The notes below the pieces were generated by a model. The model had not been told where the DNA came from. It was given only the letters and a program-made list of their open reading frames with translations, and did not search any database. A stretch of 64,000 nucleotides of DNA from a virus, in IMG/VR virus record IMGVR_UViG_3300046454_000807, positions 14,575-78,574 of that record; one strand, given 5' to 3'. This document shows, in pieces, positions 10,456 to 20,897 of the stretch (position 1 is its first letter; every line of letters starts with the position of its first letter). The position numbers were made by a program, and so were the translations under genes.

Positions 10456-11955
10456 GTGGAGCGCACGCAATTCGCTGGCCTGCTGGTCCTGGAGCCGGGT
10501 GAGTCGATCAACGAAGGCAGTGGCGCCTTCATTGGCACCGACCGCAAGACGATCGACCATTTCCTCCAGATCGGTGCCAAGACGCACCGACACACCGGGC
10601 TCAACGGCCTGACGAACCCGGCCGCGGCGCCGGGCGCGAGCATCATCGCCTCCGGCGGCACGATCTCCGCTGACCTCGCGATCTCCCTCGGCTATACGCT
10701 CGAAGACGAAAACAGCGGCGAGACCATGCTGTCCCCGGTCGCCGTCGTCAGCACGCAGCCGCCGCTCTCCTCGCCGGTGGCCGCGCCGAGCGCTGTGGCG
10801 AACTACGCCGGCGGCTCGCTGCTCGTCAACACCTACTACTACGCCCTGACATGGGGCGATGGCGAAGGCGGCGAGACGCCGCTAGGAGCCTCCGTCAACG
10901 TCGAGCGAGCCCCAGGCTTCGCCTCCGGGCGAGTGCAGCTCAGCAACCTGAACTACGGCATGGTCGCGGCTGGCGCCAAAGAATGGCGGCTCTACCGCGC
11001 GACTGGCGGCGGCTCCTACTATCTGCTCACGACGGGCGGTACCGGGGCGAGCACGTTCACGGACGACGGGAGCCATTCGCTGGACTGCTCCACGACTCCA
11101 CCTGCCGGCGAAGAAAACACCACCGTCGGAATCAACACGCTGCTGGTGACGCTTCCCTCTGGCGTGCAAGCTGGCACGACTTTCATCAACCTCTACGCGA
11201 GCGTGACGAGCGACTTCAGCGGCGGCTCGCTGATCGGCCGCTACCCGGTCGCGAGCGCCGGCCATGTCGCTGCCTTCAGCTCGCTCTCGTTCGGGGAAAC
11301 GTCGCCACCACCCGTGAACCTCTCGATCGGCGGGGCGCATCAGATCGACCCCGACACAGAGCTGCTCGAATGGCACTGGAAGCGGCCAGTGACGGCTTCT
11401 GGCCTACTGGGCTCCGGCACGATGGGCGACGTGAAGCTCTCCGAGCAGGATGGCCTCCTCTTCGCAGTGCTCTCGGCGTCGGCGGCCAACCCATCGCAAT
11501 GGGTACGGATCGCCAGTGGCGGTGGGGGCGGCGCGATCACGGCCAGCGGCACCGGCGGCACGATCAACCCGGCCGAGAAGCTGACCTTCGTCGGCTCTGG
11601 CGGCTTGCTGGTCAACTTGGCCGAAGGCGCGAAAAAAGAGGCCATCATCACTATCACCGCGGGCGCTCCGCGCCTGACGATGATCGCCAGTGGGGTGTCA
11701 GTGCCCGAACTCGAAGTCGAGGAAGTTACCGCATCGGGAGGGGTGAACGTTCAGCACACCAATCCTGGCCCTCACCAGTCGAAACTCAAGTTCGAAGGCG
11801 ACCGGCAGTTCCTCGGTCAAGAGGGGATGGGGGTAATCATCCACGGCTCCAACGCTGCGGTCGCAAGGGGGACCAAGTTTAGGCAATACACCTGGATAGG
11901 TACGGTCAAACCTACCAACATACAGGTCCACGACATATGGATCGAATCATCCTAG
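10456..11955 (+). CDS. tail fibre/minor tail protein, Gly/Ser/Ala-rich
   Basis: Strong SD (GAGGAGG); Fn3-like segment (YYYALTW..GET..WRLYRAT..TFTDDG); repeated ASG motifs. Confidence 0.7.
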   Translation: MERTQFAGLLVLEPGESINEGSGAFIGTDRKTIDHFLQIGAKTHRHTGLNGLTNPAAAPGASIIASGGTISADLAISLGYTLEDENSGETMLSPVAVVSTQPPLSSPVAAPSAVANYAGGSLLVNTYYYALTWGDGEGGETPLGASVNVERAPGFASGRVQLSNLNYGMVAAGAKEWRLYRATGGGSYYLLTTGGTGASTFTDDGSHSLDCSTTPPAGEENTTVGINTLLVTLPSGVQAGTTFINLYASVTSDFSGGSLIGRYPVASAGHVAAFSSLSFGETSPPPVNLSIGGAHQIDPDTELLEWHWKRPVTASGLLGSGTMGDVKLSEQDGLLFAVLSASAANPSQWVRIASGGGGGAITASGTGGTINPAEKLTFVGSGGLLVNLAEGAKKEAIITITAGAPRLTMIASGVSVPELEVEEVTASGGVNVQHTNPGPHQSKLKFEGDRQFLGQEGMGVIIHGSNAAVARGTKFRQYTWIGTVKPTNIQVHDIWIESS

Positions 11956-13308
11956 ATGGCAACGATCCCCGAACAGCTCACTACGCTTTCGCTTCTTGAT
12001 TCGCTGAAACATTCAGGGGCACCAGAAAACATGACCGTCATGCCCTGGTCGGTCTCAAACGGCACCTTCAGCGAAACCACCGGCTGGTCTCCGCCGGGGT
12101 TCTTCGAAGGACTAGGGGGCCTCCGAGGCGGATACTTCGACAACAGGAATCGAGTCTCGGGAAGCTATGCCGTCGGCGTGAAGAAGACCACCGGCTCGCT
12201 TCAGGGTCTTCGCCAGTTTGACCTCTGGCTCTTTCACCAGGGCGGCTCGAAAGCCAGTGGCTACCACGTTGCGGTTCTCGCAGAAGCCTCGGGAAAGGTG
12301 CAGTACATACTTCGTAAGTGGACGGGTGCCTCGGAACCGACCATTATTTTTGAATCGGCCAAAGAATTGACGTTCAGCGAAAACGACTCCTTTTTCTTGG
12401 CGTATGTGGACGGTATGGTGGAAATCTACCATCAGGCAGGCGCAGGTACGCCCGAACTAATCGGCCAGGTAGAAGACTCCACCTACAGTGAGGGGTACAT
12501 TGGCTTTGGTGGCAACGGTTCCAACCCGAAGCTCATCAACCTTGCCTGTGGCACACTTGTCCTCCCCCCTGAAGTCGTTCGGAAATGGACCAATTCTCCG
12601 GCTTCGCAGATTGTCGCAGCCCTCGGGCAGGTCCCTCTTGCCTCGCCCGTCACGGTTGCTGCTCTTATCAAGTATGAAAAAGATGGGAGCATCCTGGTCA
12701 TCGAAAATGAAGCCGGGGAAACCCTTGAAGGACAACTCTTTGGGATCAATGTTGGAACCCTGATTTTGCTCGGCAAAGAAGCTGGAGTTAAACCGCCTAA
12801 AGAAGGGTGGGTGTTGGTGGCGGGCACTAAGGCCGCTGGAGAAGCCAAAGTGCGACTCCACATGTATGTGTTCTCGACGAGGAAATGGGAACATAAAGAA
12901 GGCTCCGAAAACGTAGTTGGAAACCTGAAAGGCAACAAAGCTAGGCTTGGAGGCAAACTGAATGCAGTCGGTCCCTTCGGGGGGTCGATGGCCGCTGTGG
13001 GGGTCTGGAACTCAGTCCTGACCGACGCTCAGGTGGAAGCCCTCGTTGAAGCCGGCTCTCTCGAAAACTGGCGCACTGCCGGAGGGTCCAAGCCGGTGGC
13101 GCTCTGGCTCTTCAACCAGCCGCTAGTGAGCGTCGCAGTCAAAGACATCATCGGCAGCTCCAACGAGATAAGCCACACCGAAACCACGGTAGTCACCGAA
13201 AGCCCACCAATCCCCTACAAGACGAAACTCATCAAGGTCCTGTCGAGTGGGGGCGTGCAGGAACTCAGGCGGTGGATTTTCGGAGCCGAAGGCATGATCC
13301 GCGCCTGA
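11956..13308 (+). CDS. receptor-binding protein with concanavalin A/LamG-like domains
   Basis: GGSMAAVGVWNSVLTDAQVEAL and PVALWLFN are LamG signatures; visibly lower GC than the flanking genes. Confidence 0.65.
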   Translation: MATIPEQLTTLSLLDSLKHSGAPENMTVMPWSVSNGTFSETTGWSPPGFFEGLGGLRGGYFDNRNRVSGSYAVGVKKTTGSLQGLRQFDLWLFHQGGSKASGYHVAVLAEASGKVQYILRKWTGASEPTIIFESAKELTFSENDSFFLAYVDGMVEIYHQAGAGTPELIGQVEDSTYSEGYIGFGGNGSNPKLINLACGTLVLPPEVVRKWTNSPASQIVAALGQVPLASPVTVAALIKYEKDGSILVIENEAGETLEGQLFGINVGTLILLGKEAGVKPPKEGWVLVAGTKAAGEAKVRLHMYVFSTRKWEHKEGSENVVGNLKGNKARLGGKLNAVGPFGGSMAAVGVWNSVLTDAQVEALVEAGSLENWRTAGGSKPVALWLFNQPLVSVAVKDIIGSSNEISHTETTVVTESPPIPYKTKLIKVLSSGGVQELRRWIFGAEGMIRA

Positions 13309-14723
13309 TGAAATACGAATTCGCAAATGGCAATACGACGCAGAAAGGCATGTGGGAAGAGGCTATCTCTCACCTGCTCCACCTGCCCCAGGATGCTCTG
13401 CCGCTCACGATCAACGTCTCCTTCGTGGACCCGAGCACCCTGGTCGGCGGCGGCCATCTCATCGACCTCGCAGTCACCACCTGGACCTACGGTTCGACCG
13501 AGGCCGAAACAAAAGTCCGCAACGATTCGCCGGGGTTCGGTGAAGCACGTCAGAGCCTAGAAGCCGAAGCAGCCGGGCTCGGGCTCGTCTTTAACCCCGA
13601 GCGCTTCTACCTGGAGACCGCGATCCACGAGCTAGGGCACGCTGCGTTCGCCTCGCTGCCGGAATCGAAGCGCATCGCGATCGCGCAGATGTTTGGCGCC
13701 CAGAGTGATGATCTGGGCGAACTCGACCCCAGCGGTGCCGGGTGGCAAGACAAGATCATCGAGGGAATCGCTGAGACCTTCAAGGAGGCATTCCTGCCGC
13801 GGCGGTTCAGGGTCTTTCCAAATCGCACCAAACGCAAAATCCCTTACCACGAATACCCCCGCTTTCGCGAACTATTTCGACAGGCCGTGCCCGAAATTGG
13901 CAGTGAAGAAGAAGGTGTTCCCGGCTACAACTTCAACATTTTCCGGCGTGGCGGCTATGGGATGTCGGTCCTCTGGCCGGACGAACGAGGAGGGCTCTAC
14001 ACCGGCAAGACCGGGGGCGGTTCGAATTTTGAATCCATATCGACCATGCAGGTCGGCGGTGACCCGGTGCAGGTTCAGGGCAAACACAAATTCACAATGG
14101 CTTGGACTATCCCTCGCTCAGTCCTGGAACAAATAATCATCGAAAAGTTTCTCACCGAGGCCGACCTTCGTATCACTCTCGAAGCGCTCGTCGGGGAAGA
14201 TGTACTTGCTCGTTGGTCGATCCTGTTGTCTTGTGGCTGGGTCGGGGAATTTGAACGTGCCGAACTCGAAAAACATCCCGATTTCCAGGGCATCACACAA
14301 TCTCGACCACCTGGCCCAGAAGGTGGGGAAACCGAATACCTGATGTGGTTCGGGAGCGTCGGGACAACCACAAATGGTCCGCAGGTGAACGCTCCAACGA
14401 TCACTGGGGGCACGGGTCTCGGTGGCCTACTCCCGGCCCTGACAATCCACTCTGAATTTGAAAGCGACTGGCTGAAAGAAGAACTCCAGTTGCTCGAAAT
14501 CATCGGCACCCTCAAACTGACGTTCGCCGGCACGATCAAAGAATCGGAAGTCTTTATCGCCTCCCTCCGGGAAACGATTCCTGATTTCCACTTTCACCAA
14601 GGCGGCGTCACCCCCGGCGAAGGAGGAGTGATCGAACTGCCCTCGGCCCTACTGGTGCCCGAAGGTTCAGTGGCCGGCTCGAAGCCCCACCGGCGCCACG
14701 TGGCCGGGAGCTACGGCCGGTAG
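13308..14723 (+). CDS. putative virion protein with N-terminal zincin metallopeptidase domain
   Basis: Start MKYEF at TGATG overlap; HELGH plus downstream EGIAE(TF) gluzincin-like third ligand; last gene of the tail operon. Confidence 0.55.
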   Translation: MKYEFANGNTTQKGMWEEAISHLLHLPQDALPLTINVSFVDPSTLVGGGHLIDLAVTTWTYGSTEAETKVRNDSPGFGEARQSLEAEAAGLGLVFNPERFYLETAIHELGHAAFASLPESKRIAIAQMFGAQSDDLGELDPSGAGWQDKIIEGIAETFKEAFLPRRFRVFPNRTKRKIPYHEYPRFRELFRQAVPEIGSEEEGVPGYNFNIFRRGGYGMSVLWPDERGGLYTGKTGGGSNFESISTMQVGGDPVQVQGKHKFTMAWTIPRSVLEQIIIEKFLTEADLRITLEALVGEDVLARWSILLSCGWVGEFERAELEKHPDFQGITQSRPPGPEGGETEYLMWFGSVGTTTNGPQVNAPTITGGTGLGGLLPALTIHSEFESDWLKEELQLLEIIGTLKLTFAGTIKESEVFIASLRETIPDFHFHQGGVTPGEGGVIELPSALLVPEGSVAGSKPHRRHVAGSYGR

Positions 14724-14748
14724 GCGGCCCTCCCGAAGGAGGACCGCC
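14723..14748. terminator. hairpin between convergent genes
   Basis: GGCGGcCCTCC-CGAA-GGAGGaCCGCC. Confidence 0.6.
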
Positions 14749-14758
14749 GTTCCAGCTC

Positions 14759-15241
14759 TTACGCGGGCTCCCCCGCAGGCGGCTCCGCGCCACCTTCCGG
14801 CGCCGGCGCCGGCTCTCCGCCTTCGGCGGGGGGCGGCTCGACCGGAGGCTCGCCGCCTCCTTCGGGCGCGGGCGGCTGAGGCTCGGCCTTCGCCGCTTCA
14901 GTCGCCTGGGTGAGTGCGTCGGCGACGCCGGTCACCTTGCTGGTGATCGAGTCGATCTGCTCCTGTGAGATGCTGCCCACCTGGAGCTGTGCTACCTCGT
15001 CCTTGAGGGCAACCAGCTCTTCGGCGGCGGCACCCTCGACGGCCACGAGGCCATCCACGGCCGTCTGGAGCGCTGACAGGTCTGCCATCAGCTTGTCCAC
15101 CTTTCTGTGTAGGGCGACCACCGACAGCAGGGTGAGCTTGCCGATGAAGCTGGACTCGATCTCCAGCTCCGCCAACTCCTCCAGCTCGAACTCGATGCCG
15201 AGCCCCAAGCCCTCGATGATGCGCCGTTCGTTCTCTTTCAT
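14759..15241 (-). CDS. hypothetical coiled-coil protein with Pro/Glu/Gly-rich tail
   Basis: 160 aa with SD AAGGTG; heptad segment MADLSALQTAVDGLVAVE; lone reverse gene between modules. Confidence 0.65.
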   Translation of the reverse strand: MKENERRIIEGLGLGIEFELEELAELEIESSFIGKLTLLSVVALHRKVDKLMADLSALQTAVDGLVAVEGAAAEELVALKDEVAQLQVGSISQEQIDSITSKVTGVADALTQATEAAKAEPQPPAPEGGGEPPVEPPPAEGGEPAPAPEGGAEPPAGEPA

Positions 15242-15347
15242 CGCCGCACCTTAACTGCTGGACCGGCGAGCGCGTTGCCACCTGGTTACGGAATTTGCGG
15301 GATCAACCCTCGATGCAGTCCTGCGGGCGCGCTAGGTTGTCGCTCCG

Positions 15348-16349
15348 ATGGCCGAACGAGCCGAGAAGCGCTATGGCCGTGAGGGCAACCGCTGGGTCAA
15401 CCAGACGCCCCCCGGCACCGAGATCGCGATCTGGTTCAAGGAGAACGTTGCCATCGCCGAGGGGCTGGAGCACGAGCACTACGTCGGCGGCGTGACGCTG
15501 ATCCCGAACACCGAAAAATCGAAGACGGTTGTCGGCTGGGAGGGCACTGCCCCCGTGATCGGCGATGTCACCGACCTCGTGCTCACGCCCTACATGCGCG
15601 TCGAGACTCGGGTCAAGTATTTCCACGACCTCTGCGAATTGAAGGGCTGGATCGGCTTCATCGACCCGCAGCCGCCGGTAAAGCCGAATCCACAGCTCCC
15701 GGGCGGGCACGGGCTCTTCTCGACTGCGGTCGTCACCGCCGACAAAAAGGAGTCTCGCTTCGTCGGCTGCTCGATGCGCGTGCAGGTCTGGAAGAAGAGC
15801 GGCTTCAAGGAGGAGCCCTACGTCGTCGATAAGCGCACGGGCGAGATCGGCTTCCGCCGCTCGGGCACTCTCGTCCTCGAAGGGCCGCCGGCGACGAAGG
15901 TCGTGCCGACCCTCGGCCGCTTCGGCGCCGACGTGAACGCGCTGATGAAGGCCGAGACCGGCGCCGTCGGCCGCGCCCTCGGCATGGCCGGGATGCTCGT
16001 AATCCCCGGCACCGGCATCGCCACGGCCGAGGACCTCCAGGAAGGCCAGGGCTCCGAGCAGGTCCCCAGCGACGCGGCCGAGCTGCCGCCGGACTTCACG
16101 CCGGCGAACGAGTTGGACGCCGACGAGCAGCTCCGGGCCGACATCACTCAGTGGCTGGAGGTCATGGAGAGCAGCTACCCCAAGGCCGCGCAGGAGTTCA
16201 AGGCATGGGCCAAAGAGCGCGGCTTCGGCCTGCTCTCCGAAGTGACTTCCCCTGCACTTCGCGCCATTCACCGCAAGGCGAAAGGAATGCTTGACGCCGC
16301 GGTCGAGGCAGAGGAGAAACCTACCGTTGCGGAGCCGCCCAAAGAGTAG
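15348..16349 (+). CDS. putative ssDNA-annealing protein (Sak/ERF/Rad52-like)
   Basis: NALMKAETGAVGRALG motif; adjacent to an exonuclease. Confidence 0.55.
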   Translation: MAERAEKRYGREGNRWVNQTPPGTEIAIWFKENVAIAEGLEHEHYVGGVTLIPNTEKSKTVVGWEGTAPVIGDVTDLVLTPYMRVETRVKYFHDLCELKGWIGFIDPQPPVKPNPQLPGGHGLFSTAVVTADKKESRFVGCSMRVQVWKKSGFKEEPYVVDKRTGEIGFRRSGTLVLEGPPATKVVPTLGRFGADVNALMKAETGAVGRALGMAGMLVIPGTGIATAEDLQEGQGSEQVPSDAAELPPDFTPANELDADEQLRADITQWLEVMESSYPKAAQEFKAWAKERGFGLLSEVTSPALRAIHRKAKGMLDAAVEAEEKPTVAEPPKE

Positions 16350-16385
16350 TACCATGCTCCGCCTTCCATCCAGTCGAAGGGTACT

Positions 16386-17531
16386 GTGGAGCTTCCAGGC
16401 AACGCGATCGGCATCAGTGACATCCTCCAGTTCAGGGAGTGCCGTCGTCGGTGGGAGTTCGACATGCAACGGTGGTCGGAGCTAGGTGAAGCGCCCGAGG
16501 CAGAGAATCCAAATAACGTCTACGGGTCCGCAATTCACCTAGCGATCGCAACTGTCGAGGAGACGGGTAGCGATGACGAGGCGATCGACGCGGCCGTGCA
16601 GCGCTACGGACGTTGGCTCGAACCCGAAGACATCGACCAGCTTCAGGAAGACCTTGAGACCTACCATGCGCGCGATTACTCCGGGGTTGAAACTGTCGCA
16701 TCGGAGGAGAACCTTCGCGTCCCGCTGATGGAGTTCGAGGGCGAGACGATCTACTACCGCTTCACATTGGACCGTCTCTACCGCCAGGTTGGCAACTCGT
16801 CGTCCTTCATCCACCTGGACTACAAGTCCTCGAAGCACCGGAAGACTGACGAAGAGGTCCACAAAGACCCGCAGCTCTGGTCATACAACTGGGCCATCTA
16901 CGAGTATTGGCCCGAGGTTGAGGACCTCACGCAGATTTACGATCAGCTTCGCTTCGGAGCGGTGCCCACCCGAAAGAACGCGCAGCAGCGAGAGAGGATC
17001 AAACACTGGTTGGTGCGACAGGTCACCGCGATTCTTGAAGCGGACCACACTAATCCCAAGTTCAATCAGTGGTGTCCGTGGTGTCCAATCATGGAGAGCT
17101 GCTCGGAGCCATTGCGCACTGCCCAGTTTGCGAGAGATCGTATCGCCGCACTCGCCCCAGAAGGCTCCGATGTCGCTAACCTGGCAGCGCAGGACATCGA
17201 CACCTACGTCGAGGACCTGCATGAAGTCGAAACGGTACGGAAGTGTCTGGAGAGATTCGAGAAATCGGTGAAGGAGGTCATCCGCGAGCTGCCGCAGGAG
17301 CGCCGGCAGCAGCTCGGGTTCGGCCTCTTCCCCAGCTCGCGAGATGTCTGGAGCGCGCAGGGACTGCGCTTGGCGCACGCCGAGGTCGGTGACGATTTCT
17401 ATCTCCTCGTAAAGATGACGAAGACCAACATAGATCGCTTCTTCGGAAGAGACAAAGCAGCCGCGGAGCGCGTGCTGCAATTCGCCGAGAAGGAGAAGGC
17501 TAGCCCGAGATTGAGCCGATTGAAGAACTGA
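16386..17531 (+). CDS. PD-(D/E)XK exonuclease, Cas4/RecB-like with Fe-S cysteines
   Basis: N-terminal ECRRR, LDRL..LDYKS, QLWSY and CPWCPIMESC motifs. Confidence 0.8.
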   Translation: MELPGNAIGISDILQFRECRRRWEFDMQRWSELGEAPEAENPNNVYGSAIHLAIATVEETGSDDEAIDAAVQRYGRWLEPEDIDQLQEDLETYHARDYSGVETVASEENLRVPLMEFEGETIYYRFTLDRLYRQVGNSSSFIHLDYKSSKHRKTDEEVHKDPQLWSYNWAIYEYWPEVEDLTQIYDQLRFGAVPTRKNAQQRERIKHWLVRQVTAILEADHTNPKFNQWCPWCPIMESCSEPLRTAQFARDRIAALAPEGSDVANLAAQDIDTYVEDLHEVETVRKCLERFEKSVKEVIRELPQERRQQLGFGLFPSSRDVWSAQGLRLAHAEVGDDFYLLVKMTKTNIDRFFGRDKAAAERVLQFAEKEKASPRLSRLKN

Positions 17532-17646
17532 AAAGCGAAACGCCCCCGGAAACTTTGGCTAGTAGCGGGGGCGCTTCACCGGACGCAAAGCATTTTCTCC
17601 GACCACCTTTCCACCAAAGCGGAGGAGGCAGAGGCTGCTTTACGTC
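17531..17646 (-). ncRNA. candidate antisense small RNA upstream of the replication initiator
   Basis: Minus-strand TATAGT box at 17656-17651; two hairpins whose G-U pairs only work on the minus strand; ends in a GC stem plus TTTT. Confidence 0.45.
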
Positions 17647-17673
17647 GTGAACTATACCTAGGAGTCACGACAG

Positions 17674-18621
17674 ATGCAAGATGGAAGTGAGCCGCGTCCC
17701 GCGCGGCGCCCGAAGAACCCCACCGAAGCAGCATTCTTCGACCTGGCTGTCGCAGCCGGCTGGACCCCGTTGAAACGTGGCTGGCCGACGTTCATGTTGC
17801 AGCGCGGCGACGACATTCTCGCGGTCCATGTGAGACCTCCAGGGCGTGCGCAGCTTGCGCCAGAACAGGCCCGTTTGCAGGGGATTCTGGTCAGGGCCGG
17901 AGTGCCTTGCGCCGTGTGGACGCCGGACGGCGGCGTCGCGGGGGGGGTAGGGGGTTTGGGGGTGGGGGAGGAGTTGAGTTCAGATACTGCAACAGCCCTA
18001 CTACAAGCGTCTTCCTCTCTCCAAACGCTGGTAGAGGAGGGGGAGTCTGAGGGGGAACCGGATTCAGCCGACGGCGCCGGCACCACCGCTGCCCTACCTA
18101 GCCGATCTGAGACCTCCCAGATGATCGACGACGTGTGGGCCGCCTACGTCCGCGTGATGAGCCCGAGGCGCAAGGAGGCAGGTGACGACGATCGTCTCGT
18201 GATCCGCAACGCGCTGAAGGTCGCGAGTCCGCAGGAGTTGATCGTCTGCATCGAAGCCTGCAACGCCTCCGACTACCACATGAAGCGCGGCAGGCACGTG
18301 GAACGCGCCGGCGGCAAGTACAACGCGCTGTCCAAGATTCTGAAGCCGCGCCCTCGACGCGAGGAGACGCAGCGATCGCGCATCGACTGGTGGCTTGACC
18401 GTGCAAATGCTGCGGGCGTTGCGGGGTTTCCGTCCGCCGACGATGCAATTGTGGGCCAGCGTCAGGTAGAAGTCCAGCGCGGTCACCAGTCCGGGGACCC
18501 GGAGATGGTGAGAAAGGCTCAAGAAGCTGAGGCATGGCTAGGCGAACATGGCATCGAAACGGTACGGCGCGAGGACGGATACCCCACTTTCCGAAGGACT
18601 GGGAAAGGTGACACTACGTGA
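17674..18621 (+). CDS. putative replication initiator with degenerate VRR-NUC-like N-terminal domain
   Basis: Directly upstream of DnaB; G-rich linker (GGVGGLGVGE); N-terminus RGWPTF..AVHVR..LAPEQ follows the VRR-NUC pattern but lacks the catalytic residues. Confidence 0.5.
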   Translation: MQDGSEPRPARRPKNPTEAAFFDLAVAAGWTPLKRGWPTFMLQRGDDILAVHVRPPGRAQLAPEQARLQGILVRAGVPCAVWTPDGGVAGGVGGLGVGEELSSDTATALLQASSSLQTLVEEGESEGEPDSADGAGTTAALPSRSETSQMIDDVWAAYVRVMSPRRKEAGDDDRLVIRNALKVASPQELIVCIEACNASDYHMKRGRHVERAGGKYNALSKILKPRPRREETQRSRIDWWLDRANAAGVAGFPSADDAIVGQRQVEVQRGHQSGDPEMVRKAQEAEAWLGEHGIETVRREDGYPTFRRTGKGDTT

Positions 18622-19979
18622 AGCCACCTCACTCCCAGGAGGCGGAACGCAGCGTTCTGTCGCAAATGCTCCGCGGCGGGGCGAAAGTGTGCTCGGTCGT
18701 CGTCGGTACGTTGCTGGAGCCGAAGCACTTCTACGCGCCAGCGCACAAGCTCATCTACGGGCAGCTCTACGAGCACTACTACGGCGACTTGCCTCTCGAT
18801 GCAGTGTCGGTGGGCACCGCGGCCTCGAAGAAGCTCGCCAAGCTCTGGTCGATCGAGGAGGGCGAGGCAGCGGAGCGGGTGAGGGAACTCAGCACCGAGC
18901 GCTTCGAGGGGCAGGTGCTGGACCACGCGATCATCGTCAAGCGCAAGGCGGACTACCGCGAACTGCTCGACGTGATGAGCACGGTGGAAGGCGAGATCGA
19001 GCGCGAGGAGAAGCTGCCCGAGGAGATCGCGAGCTTGGCGTCGCAGACCGCGATGAAGATCGCGACCAACACTCTGCTGACCCACGAGATCATCAGCTTC
19101 GGCAATATGGGGCGCCGGTACTACAACCAGGCGCTGGAAGCGAAGTCGGCCTACGACAAGGGCATCGAGCGCTGGGTCAAGTTCGGGATGCCCTTCATCG
19201 ACGACTACACCCGCGGGCTCCGCGGGACGGAGCTGTGGCTGGCAGCCGGCGAGCCCGGCGTCGGCAAGAGCGCCGTCTTCGCCAAGGCCGCGATCCTCTT
19301 CGCCCAACGGCAGATGGCGCGCGGCGACGACAAGCGGGTCGCCACGCTGATCCTCAGCCTGGAGATGGGGGAAGAACCGACCAACCAGCGGCTGGCCTCG
19401 GCGGTCTCGCAGATCGACGGCGGCAAGCTCCGCGAAGGTCGCATCACCGACGGGGAGCTAGGGAAGATTCTCCACGAATGGGGGCGCCGCAAGGAGATTC
19501 CCCTGTTCTTCAACTTCGCCTCGAACGCCCGCGCTTCGCAGCTCCGCGCGCTGGTCGTCGAGGCCATCCGCAGGGAGAACGTCGGCCTGGTCATCATCGA
19601 CCACTTCCGACATTTCGGCATGGATCGGTACTACGAGAGCCAGTTGCGCGAGGACGAGGACAAGGTGAAGTTCCTCAAGGAGTCGATCGCCGGCGATCTC
19701 GGGACCGCGGTGATCTGCATCTGCCACACCACCAAGGGGATCGCAGAATCGCGCAACGCCAGGCCAAACCTGACCCACATGCGCGGCAGCTATCAGGTCG
19801 CCGCAGCAGCGGACTTCGTGAGCTTCATCCACCAGCCGTACATGTACGCGACGGATGAGGATCGTGAAACTGGAGAGGTAACAGAGGACCAGATGGAGAT
19901 GATCTGGGAGAAGAACCGACACGGATACAAGGGCATCGCACAGTTCCACATGCAGGCTGCGACGATGACCATTCGATAG
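18618..19979 (+). CDS. dnaB: replicative DNA helicase, DnaB family
   Basis: [13 protein letters not shown]-domain, Walker [29 protein letters not shown] and KNRHG motifs. Confidence 0.9.
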   Translation: MKPPHSQEAERSVLSQMLRGGAKVCSVVVGTLLEPKHFYAPAHKLIYGQLYEHYYGDLPLDAVSVGTAASKKLAKLWSIEEGEAAERVRELSTERFEGQVLDHAIIVKRKADYRELLDVMSTVEGEIEREEKLPEEIASLASQTAMKIATNTLLTHEIISFGNMGRRYYNQALEAKSAYDKGIERWVKFGMPFIDDYTRGLRGTELWLAAGEPGVGKSAVFAKAAILFAQRQMARGDDKRVATLILSLEMGEEPTNQRLASAVSQIDGGKLREGRITDGELGKILHEWGRRKEIPLFFNFASNARASQLRALVVEAIRRENVGLVIIDHFRHFGMDRYYESQLREDEDKVKFLKESIAGDLGTAVICICHTTKGIAESRNARPNLTHMRGSYQVAAAADFVSFIHQPYMYATDEDRETGEVTEDQMEMIWEKNRHGYKGIAQFHMQAATMTIR

Positions 19980-19990
19980 GAGGAAACGAC

Positions 19991-20705
<715 letters not shown>

Positions 20706-20722
<17 letters not shown>

Positions 20723-20897
20723 CGACGAGCTAGACGGGATCAAATGCGAGTGGTGTGACAAGCCCGCACGGTTAAAGCTGCCCATGATGAGACGAATCAA
20801 GGGAAGTCGTGGTGGCATGACGCCTTCTGGAATGCACATCTTCGCCTGTTATCAGCACGAGGAAATCGCGAAGGGATTGGCGAGCCGTGGCAGCTAG
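20706..20897 (+). CDS. small Cys/His (zinc-binding) hypothetical protein
   Basis: CEWC...CYQH motif; fills the gap between neighbours; contains a TTA codon at 20772. Confidence 0.45.

Noticed and set aside
464-10593. Long antisense ORFs opposite the tail genes, and similar ones genome-wide
   Set aside because: Expected stop-poor shadow frames in high-GC coding DNA; no motifs or start signals.
11956-14723. Diversity-generating retroelement or invertible tail-fibre cassette
   Set aside because: No reverse transcriptase, template/variable repeat pair or flanking inverted repeats were seen.
16386-17531. Cas4-like nuclease as evidence of a CRISPR-Cas system
   Set aside because: No array or other cas genes; its position beside an annealing protein indicates a recombination exonuclease.
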